This document shows positions 57,442 to 64,000 of a stretch of 64,000 bases of DNA, piece after piece (the first letter of the stretch is position 1; each line of letters begins with the position of its first letter). A program made the translations under genes and the position numbers. This DNA is from an uncultured Desulfobulbaceae bacterium (GTDB taxonomy: Bacteria; Desulfobacterota; Dissulfuribacteria; Dissulfuribacterales; DYLC01). The notes beneath the pieces are model-generated. The model was not told the origin of the DNA and made no database searches. It worked only from the letters and a program-made list of their open reading frames with translations. Location of the stretch: NCBI GenBank assembly GCA_964427245.1, contig CAYRSX010000040.1:91258-155257 (forward strand). The letters are read 5' to 3'.

Positions 57442-59066
57442 TGTAGTTGTTGTGATTGTTTTAATTTATTATAAAATTTTTGAATATGTGTAAGTATTTC
57501 TTCATTCGTAATGCCATATGGTATTACGAAACCTTTTGAGTATTGCCTTACTCTTTCAGCTTGAGCGCCGATATCAAAAGAAATTAATGGCATTTTTAAT
57601 GTGATTAGTTCTTGTGTTACATATGAAAATGTTTCTGGACAGATTGAAGGTAATAGAAATATATTTGCACCAGTCTTTTGTATAATATTTGGTAAATCTG
57701 TTGTTTGATAAGGGCCTGTTACGGATACTATGTTAGAATCATATGATAGTTCTATTGTGCCTATTACTGATATTTTTATTGGTAATTCTTTGATTTTTAT
57801 TAAATCAGCTAATCCCTGAACGATTTTTGCCCCTTTATGTATATTGATATGTCCTACTATACCAATATGTAATGATTTGTTTAAGTCAATATGAGGATAT
57901 GATGATGGTTGCAGTACTGTATGCGGTTTTATGTTAAAGTTATCATCTGTTAAAGAAGGATAAGCTTTTTGTAAGATATGTTTTGAAGAATGAGAAAAAC
58001 ATATAATTTGGGTTGCAGCTTTCAGACATTTTTCCCAGTTACTACGCCACAGGACGATATCAGCCTCTGAAAATAACGTCACAAATCCCTCTCTATTTTG
58101 TGAAAGACAGTTTTTGCATATTTCAATATTTGGCAAATCACAATAATGGCCTTGGTTGTTCAACAGAAACTGAGAAGGACATATCATAAAATAATCATTG
58201 ACAGCTATGGTTAGTGGTATTCCAAAAGCTTTGGTAAGGTGTGTCAGTATTATTGGTATAGTTTCAGGCCTTTCAAATGATACGGCTGTATTGTAAAATA
58301 TTTCAGATAGTTCTATTTTATTTGCAAGCTCAAATATTGAATATAAATTATTCAATAAGTATCTGTTTTTGTTGTTATTAATTTGTAATTCAATTACATA
58401 TTGTAGTGATAATATATGATAAGTTAGTAATAATATCGCATTATTGTTATCTATATATTTTTGTACCATTGCATTTCTATATTTATTAGCTCCACCACCA
58501 AGATCATGATCAATTATCATGACTGTTTTTTTGATGTCTGCCTTTTTAAGTGCTGCAATAATTTCTTCTTGTGGGTCGTCAATCTTTTTGGGCATTGCAG
58601 TCAAATAGCGTTTTGTTTTTTCTATAAGGCTTCTGAATCCAACTCCTTGCTGGAATAGAGCCATAAATCTCTTTAATAAAATTAAATAGATATAATTTTG
58701 ACCAGCCCAGCGTCTTGTTTCAGATAAATCTTCAAGATATTCTATGGAAACGTTCAAGCTATGTATTTGATTGTCTTCTGTAAGAATTTCAAGCTGTGTG
58801 ACAATATTGTTATTGTTGTTTTTGACACCGCCATAAACAACAAAACCGGCCGCTTTTGCATTTTCTATGTCATGAAATTTATCTGCTACATCCTTTCTAT
58901 ATTTTCCATGGGTTATTGGTAAACGTTGAATGGTTTTATTTTGGAATTTTAACAGTAATGATATCTGAGAGATATTAAGTGTTGGATGAAATATCCATCC
59001 AAACCCAAAGATACTATTTCTTCGTGCTACTAATGCGTCTATGCTATATTTGAATGATGATTCCAT
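57438..59066 (-). CDS. GT1/GT4-type glycosyltransferase with novel N-terminal half; AT-rich gene
   Basis: The C-terminal 'FLLPSICPETFSYVTQELITLKMPLISFDIGAQAERV' is a GT-B EX7E-like motif. Its start overlaps the stop of the upstream gene by 4 nt. Confidence 0.6.
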   Translation of the reverse strand: MESSFKYSIDALVARRNSIFGFGWIFHPTLNISQISLLLKFQNKTIQRLPITHGKYRKDVADKFHDIENAKAAGFVVYGGVKNNNNNIVTQLEILTEDNQIHSLNVSIEYLEDLSETRRWAGQNYIYLILLKRFMALFQQGVGFRSLIEKTKRYLTAMPKKIDDPQEEIIAALKKADIKKTVMIIDHDLGGGANKYRNAMVQKYIDNNNAILLLTYHILSLQYVIELQINNNKNRYLLNNLYSIFELANKIELSEIFYNTAVSFERPETIPIILTHLTKAFGIPLTIAVNDYFMICPSQFLLNNQGHYCDLPNIEICKNCLSQNREGFVTLFSEADIVLWRSNWEKCLKAATQIICFSHSSKHILQKAYPSLTDDNFNIKPHTVLQPSSYPHIDLNKSLHIGIVGHINIHKGAKIVQGLADLIKIKELPIKISVIGTIELSYDSNIVSVTGPYQTTDLPNIIQKTGANIFLLPSICPETFSYVTQELITLKMPLISFDIGAQAERVRQYSKGFVIPYGITNEEILTHIQKFYNKLKQSQQLQ

Positions 59067-59073
59067 TTTTGCA

Positions 59074-61623
59074 TTAAATATCTTTAATTATTTTTAGTTT
59101 TGTGCCTATTTTCCATAGATTATGCTGTTTTATGATTTTTATTTTATTTAATCTTTCATTTGCCAGAGTTTCTGCATATTTTAGTGCATTTTCAGTTTGT
59201 TGTAGTTGTTGATTTAGTTGTTGATTGACATTTAGTCTTTCGTTTGCCAGCATTTCGGCGTATTTCAAGGCTGACTCTGTATGCTGTAGCTGGATTTGCA
59301 GGCGATTTTTTTCTTGTATAATGTTAAAGATGGATTGAGTAGCAAACGGATAGCGGTAATGGCCGCTATCCGTTATACTATTATCTTCTATCGTCTGCAC
59401 CATCATGTGGGCCGATTCTGCACAGATTGTAAAAAGTCTCTCCACAATATGTGCCAATGTGCCTTCTTTTTGCCCTTCTTCCGCCTCAAAATCATCTAAC
59501 TTAAGCCCAAACTCTAAAATCGGCAAGAGGGCTGCCGGCCTGAACCAGAACATAGAGCCGGAAAAAAAATGCCAATCCTTTTTGGTAATGCCTGGCAAGA
59601 GTCTTTCAGCCATTGCCAAAAGGCGTTTTATATCTGAATCCGGATACATCGCACAGGATAAAAGGTGTTTTTGCGGCCCTGACAGCCCAAGGGTCGTGTT
59701 GTTTTTAAATCGTTCGACGATATCTTTTATGATGTCACTGTTTCCCAGAAGACTCTCCAGCATATCCCTGCGCCAGATATTTCCATTTACGGCATCGTGT
59801 GATTTTTTTGTGTGTATCTTGCAGACACATGTGTAGTTTTTTTGTATGAGTTCGGGAAGTACCGTAATAAAAGGCAGAATGTCCCTGCCTCGATTTTCCA
59901 AGGGTATTAAACGAGCATTCGCATAGTCAGTCCGTACCAGGGGTTGGATTGTTGCAGCCTTTTCATGAGGCAGCGTAACAATCAAATCAAAAGGATATGG
60001 AATGTTTTTTAGGTATTCCCTTATCTCTGGCCAGAGTTCTTTGTAAAAAAGATGCAGAACTACGGCAATCTTAATATCTGTCTGATTTTCCTCGCATAAG
60101 GCATTCTGTGCCCCTTGAATGATTGCGGCGTTTAAATGCTGCATTCCTATGCGGGAGATGACATATTCCAATACCTCTTTTGTCCAAAGATTACGCCATT
60201 TTTGAAAGAGCTGGTGCCCAGCCTGGTGTTGTTGCGTATGTTCAGGTCTAATACCTGCTCCAGAAGTATCACTTATGCGATAATAAGCTGTAACCTTTGA
60301 TATAAAAATAAAATCGGTATGTTGGCTTGCCTGAATCCAAAAATCCCAGTCTTCATATAGATCAAATGCCTCATCCATTTTGCAGCCCGATTCCACTAAT
60401 GCTCGTGAAAACATGGCTGCATGTATGGGGATGTAGTTGCCTGCCAGAAGTAACAGGTTGTCAAAATGAGTGTCAAATATCCTTTTAAGTCTATTGCCAA
60501 CAGCATCCATGCATTGAATCTTTGTATATGCGACCTTTTTGTCAGGCTGTGAGAGCAGCGTGGAAACAAGGGTATAGATGTGGTCCGGCAAAAAGAGGTC
60601 GTCATCGTCCAGAAATATCAGATAATCGCCTGTTGCGTGTTTTAATGCAAGATTTGCTGCTTCAGCACGTCTTAATGGCACATCTGAATGTACAAATATG
60701 AGTGGAAATCTGCCGTATCTGTCGAGCAGGCTTCTGTGCCCTGTGCCCTTGGCGTTTACCACTATCACCTCAATATTGGCATAGGTCTGAAGGGCGATGC
60801 TGTCCAGAGCCTTTTGGAGCTCAGGCCTGTCCATGCTTCTTATGAGCACCGAGACCTTTGGCCAGTGTTCTGTTATGGCCGGCAGGGGTATGGGTAATTT
60901 AGCCTGTCTTTCATATTCCGAGGTGTATAAGAATAAAAAATCCTTTTGCAGATTGCGTGAGTTTACGAGATAGTAGGCCTCTGCATACTTGACTTCCTTG
61001 CTCAGCGTATATGATCGATAGCGATTCAGACCTGTGATGTGCTCATCGTATGCCTGAATTTTGAGCTGAGATGTAAAACATGCCATGGCTTTTTGTTTTG
61101 ATTGCCATACAGACGTGATATCAAGTAGTGTATTGGGCCGCATGGGCATGCCCACCTCGTACATGGCTATCGATAGATCTGTTTCGCTTCTGCGTGCTGC
61201 CTCCAACACCGCCATGGCAAGTGATCTGTGGTCTGAATGCATCTCAAGAATGCTTGGGGCATAGACCACATCGGCCTGATATTCTTTTATGGCGGTTAGA
61301 ATTTCTTCGATGAGTTGTTCGCAGTAAACGATGTCTCGATCTTCATAATTCCAGAAGATGGGTATGCCATAACCCAGGATTTCAGCGGCGGCAAGGCTTT
61401 CTTGCCTGCGGATTTCCATGTATTTTTGTCTTTCTTCTGTGTTAGCGGCACCATAGGCGCCGTTAGAGACCACAATGACTTGTACTGGAATGCCTGCCTG
61501 AATCGCACGCAAAATAGCGCCTCCACATCCAAAGACCTCATCGTCAGGATGGGGCGCAAAGACCAAGGCGCGTTTTGCTGCGATATGGTCAACTGCGGTA
61601 TATGGCATGAGTAGATGTTCCAT
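59074..61623 (-). CDS. triple fusion: PIG-L/LmbE deacetylase + GT2 glycosyltransferase + RgpF-like rhamnan-synthesis domain + C-terminal repeated coiled coil
   Basis: 'LVFAPHPDDEVFGCGG' and 'HSDHRS' (PIG-L). 'VSVLIRSMDRPELQKALDSIALQTY' and 'DYLIFLDDDD' (GT2). 'IAVVLHLFYKELWPEIREYLKNIPYPFDLIVT' and 'NRGRDILPF' (RgpF-like). The tail is 'ALKYAEMLANERLN...ALKYAETLANERLN'. Confidence 0.7.
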   Translation of the reverse strand: MEHLLMPYTAVDHIAAKRALVFAPHPDDEVFGCGGAILRAIQAGIPVQVIVVSNGAYGAANTEERQKYMEIRRQESLAAAEILGYGIPIFWNYEDRDIVYCEQLIEEILTAIKEYQADVVYAPSILEMHSDHRSLAMAVLEAARRSETDLSIAMYEVGMPMRPNTLLDITSVWQSKQKAMACFTSQLKIQAYDEHITGLNRYRSYTLSKEVKYAEAYYLVNSRNLQKDFLFLYTSEYERQAKLPIPLPAITEHWPKVSVLIRSMDRPELQKALDSIALQTYANIEVIVVNAKGTGHRSLLDRYGRFPLIFVHSDVPLRRAEAANLALKHATGDYLIFLDDDDLFLPDHIYTLVSTLLSQPDKKVAYTKIQCMDAVGNRLKRIFDTHFDNLLLLAGNYIPIHAAMFSRALVESGCKMDEAFDLYEDWDFWIQASQHTDFIFISKVTAYYRISDTSGAGIRPEHTQQHQAGHQLFQKWRNLWTKEVLEYVISRIGMQHLNAAIIQGAQNALCEENQTDIKIAVVLHLFYKELWPEIREYLKNIPYPFDLIVTLPHEKAATIQPLVRTDYANARLIPLENRGRDILPFITVLPELIQKNYTCVCKIHTKKSHDAVNGNIWRRDMLESLLGNSDIIKDIVERFKNNTTLGLSGPQKHLLSCAMYPDSDIKRLLAMAERLLPGITKKDWHFFSGSMFWFRPAALLPILEFGLKLDDFEAEEGQKEGTLAHIVERLFTICAESAHMMVQTIEDNSITDSGHYRYPFATQSIFNIIQEKNRLQIQLQHTESALKYAEMLANERLNVNQQLNQQLQQTENALKYAETLANERLNKIKIIKQHNLWKIGTKLKIIKDI

Positions 61624-61629
61624 CGCGTG

Positions 61630-62613
61630 TTATCTCCAATCCGTATCCCCTGACATCAGCCACCACTTGCCTCGCAGCTCCTCAGGCTTGGGGCATGGTG
61701 TCCAGGTTATGCATGGAACGGTTACCTGAATGTCTGTAATGGTGGCATCGGCTGCAAGATTTGCGACCATTGCCTCGCTCATCCAGGAAAAAAGGCAGGT
61801 GGCGCCCTGTTTAAATACCTCGTGTCTTGCAAATTTGGTGAGCATCGGCATGTCTTTTATGTTTGCTATCAAATCCATGAGTTCACATGTGCCGTCTTCG
61901 TGAAAACGGAGTATAAATAATCCATTAACTCGTCTTGTCAAGCGATTATAGACTTCATATATGCCATATTGATATATGGGATGGTTGAGATAGCGATGGA
62001 TTATATACGCCGCATCTCTGATACCAACGAGATAGCCTTTTAGAGAAGAGTTCATGGCAGGCCAGAGCCTTTGTAGGCTGTTTGATATTGCTCTTTTTTC
62101 CCTTATTTCTCTGCTCTTGTGCCAGGTTGTTGAAAAAGTGGTCAGTGGAGGCCACCTGACATCAAATACTTGGCCAACTCGGTCATAGAACCCTAGTAAC
62201 ACACCCAAACGGGTATGGCGTTCATTGGGAAAACCAAATGACTGAAGAAACGGTTTTTCATATCCTACATATTTCTCTAAAAAACGGCTGGCCATTTGGA
62301 AAAACACACCTCGTCTGCCGTGAGCGGCTCGATTTTGAGGATGTACCATCACATCTGTGATTTGTAACATATGCAGTATCTGGTCATTGAATAAAATTTT
62401 GCGAGGAACGCCTGCATAGTGTCCAATGATAATGCCATTCTTTGCGGCTGTAACAGCAAAAGTTTGATCAGGACCGTATTTCCAGCACCATAGTTCGGGC
62501 ACAAAAGGTTGATTAAAGCATGCGTTGAAAAGGGAGGAGAGTCCCTTTAAATCGGTTTGTGTGCCAAGATATATCTTCACATCGTTGGAGTCATTTTCAA
62601 CGGCTTTATTCAT
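61630..62613 (-). CDS. GNAT-fold acyltransferase (family unassigned)
   Basis: 'IIIGHYAGVPRKILFNDQILHMLQITDVMVHPQNRAAHGRRGVFFQMASRFLE' has a GNAT beta4-alpha3 layout, with 'FGFPNERH'. Confidence 0.5.
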   Translation of the reverse strand: MNKAVENDSNDVKIYLGTQTDLKGLSSLFNACFNQPFVPELWCWKYGPDQTFAVTAAKNGIIIGHYAGVPRKILFNDQILHMLQITDVMVHPQNRAAHGRRGVFFQMASRFLEKYVGYEKPFLQSFGFPNERHTRLGVLLGFYDRVGQVFDVRWPPLTTFSTTWHKSREIREKRAISNSLQRLWPAMNSSLKGYLVGIRDAAYIIHRYLNHPIYQYGIYEVYNRLTRRVNGLFILRFHEDGTCELMDLIANIKDMPMLTKFARHEVFKQGATCLFSWMSEAMVANLAADATITDIQVTVPCITWTPCPKPEELRGKWWLMSGDTDWR

Positions 62614-62614
62614 G

Positions 62615-63517
62615 TCAGTCTTTAACCATTTGATTTAAACAAAGCCACCCCATCCAACAGGCAGGATTTTTTAAAATGGCCTGTTCAGCCACTTGAAATA
62701 TGCGCTGCATGACCTGTTTCAGTGTGCCGCAAGTATCTATCTCTTGTATTACTACTTCATATTTAGAGGTTGAGTTGCGCGCCCATGGAATGGCTACGAT
62801 TATGGGTAAATCAAATTCCTGTGCCAGCTTTGCAGCGCCGACAGGAACCCAGATGGTTTGGTTAAAGAAATTGACCATGATACCCTTATCTTTGTAGCCT
62901 GGTGTATCAGGTGCAAGGCAGATGGAGTTTCCTTCTCGAAGTGTTTTTCGAGCTGCCTGCATATTTGCTGGAATCAGTGGTTGCCGGTCTTTCCAGCTCA
63001 TGAGCATGCGAATACCATTTTCATGCAGAGGATTTGTTCCAGCCGGCATACTTTCAGGAATAATGGCCAAAATCATCGTGATATTTTGATGTAATAGATA
63101 TAACAGGGCGGCCAGGGCAAAGAGGTTAGCTGAGTGCAGTGTGCAGATAACAGCCTGTCTGGCAAAGAAGGAAGCATTTAATATCTCTTGAGTCTGGAAG
63201 CTAAAGGATGCCTTGAGCTTTTGAGTGTCCCATGATTTGATCCAGTTGTTTTCTAAGACATAGCGGCTTTCAAATTGCAAGAAATCTCGCAAGATTTTTT
63301 TGGCCTGTTTTTGAGTAATACCAAGACATTTTTGCAGATTTTCTACGGTATGAAACAATACTCCCTTTGATGCGGTTGCTGCACTATATGTTTCCCAATC
63401 CCTGAACCAATGGCCTGTAATCGGCAGAATAGAGTAACATGCGGGTGGCGGAAAATAAGAGGCCATATATAGCATATATTCGAAATAAAAGCGAAGTAAA
63501 TTATCTGTCATGGCCAC
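62615..63517 (-). CDS. LpxL/HtrB-family (lipid A biosynthesis-type) acyltransferase
   Basis: 'AVICTLHSANLFALA' (the H-x-x-N position of the family HxxxxE/D-type motif) and 'LAPDTPGYKDKGIMVNFFNQTIWVPVGAAKLAQEFDLPII'. Confidence 0.55.
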   Translation of the reverse strand: MAMTDNLLRFYFEYMLYMASYFPPPACYSILPITGHWFRDWETYSAATASKGVLFHTVENLQKCLGITQKQAKKILRDFLQFESRYVLENNWIKSWDTQKLKASFSFQTQEILNASFFARQAVICTLHSANLFALAALLYLLHQNITMILAIIPESMPAGTNPLHENGIRMLMSWKDRQPLIPANMQAARKTLREGNSICLAPDTPGYKDKGIMVNFFNQTIWVPVGAAKLAQEFDLPIIVAIPWARNSTSKYEVVIQEIDTCGTLKQVMQRIFQVAEQAILKNPACWMGWLCLNQMVKD

Positions 63518-64000
63518 AAAAATGATAGTAGTTTTCTAAAGAATCGAGTGGAAGTGTGCACAAGTTTTAGAAAGACAATGGAGCTGACTAATGAAATTAT
63601 GGAGAGAGAAGGAAGCAGTAGTGAATGGGCATCTTTGAGATTTCCCAACAGCAATAGATAGCAGGCGTAGAGTGTGCGGAACTTCTTGTTTTTTGAATCT
63701 ATCTCATATGCCCTGCGAGCGTGAAATAGTCCAATTTTAGGTTCAGTCATCCAGTAGAGCAGGTTTTTGGCGAAATAATAGTGGCGTATAGCTATGTTTT
63801 GGGGTGTCCATAGCTCTTCATTGAAGGTCTGCTTTACGTAATATTCAAAGGAATCATGCCAAATCAGCTGAACGCATGGAATATTGTGAAATTCCATTTC
63901 CGCCCTTTGAAGGAGCAGAGGAGAGGACCATACTGGTGGCAATGCAAAGTTCAAAAACGGAGATTCAAACCATGTAATGGGCTCAAACATAAGCACTTCA
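63508..64000 (-). CDS. hypothetical protein, possibly 5'-truncated by window edge
   Basis: ORF with protein-like composition. The first listed codon (63996) is GTG with no upstream stop before the window ends. Overlaps the next gene by 10 nt. Confidence 0.4.
   Translation of the reverse strand, partial: EVLMFEPITWFESPFLNFALPPVWSSPLLLQRAEMEFHNIPCVQLIWHDSFEYYVKQTFNEELWTPQNIAIRHYYFAKNLLYWMTEPKIGLFHARRAYEIDSKNKKFRTLYACYLLLLGNLKDAHSLLLPSLSIISLVSSIVFLKLVHTSTRFFRKLLSFLWP

Overview
This 64-kb window looks like a chromosomal segment from an anaerobic, Desulfobacterota-like bacterium. That placement rests on gene content only: formate-THF ligase, two-subunit 2-oxoacid:ferredoxin oxidoreductase, an atp operon with b'/b but no a/c subunits, and DUF3373/DUF3365-type proteins. 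No taxon can be assigned. Most of the window is tightly packed housekeeping: folC, murJ, lon, fhs, relA/spoT, proS, tatD-maf-yggS-queDE, atpF'FHAGDC, zapB-like/zapA plus a 6S RNA, rny, tyrS, yjcH-actP, miaA and pgsA. I found no rRNA, tRNA, CRISPR array, transposase, integrase or recognisable defence genes. Five regions stand out. (1) One ORF fuses a complete cysteine synthase to a full-length CysRS-like module whose HIGH, GGG-DL and KMSKS signatures are eroded while the Zn/Cys site is kept. (2) A divergent envelope cluster at 12.8-19.4 kb holds PilZ, a pseudo-receiver/DUF4388 protein, a porin-like protein, a monohaem cytochrome c, a haem sensor with HAMP but no output, a TPR protein and a MORN protein. 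(3) An eight-gene minus-strand operon at 54.7-64 kb encodes glycan and acyl-transfer enzymes, including a PIG-L/GT2/RgpF triple fusion and a very AT-rich inserted glycosyltransferase gene. (4) A dispersed family of 'cattgcgag/cattccgag' palindromic intergenic repeats occurs at six loci, including a 98-nt unit present twice at 95/98 identity. (5) glmU is truncated next to one of those repeats. The many long antisense ORFs in the track are codon-aligned artefacts. All coordinates of hairpins and motifs were read by hand and may be off by 1-2 nt. Every family assignment comes from motif recognition, not from a database search.
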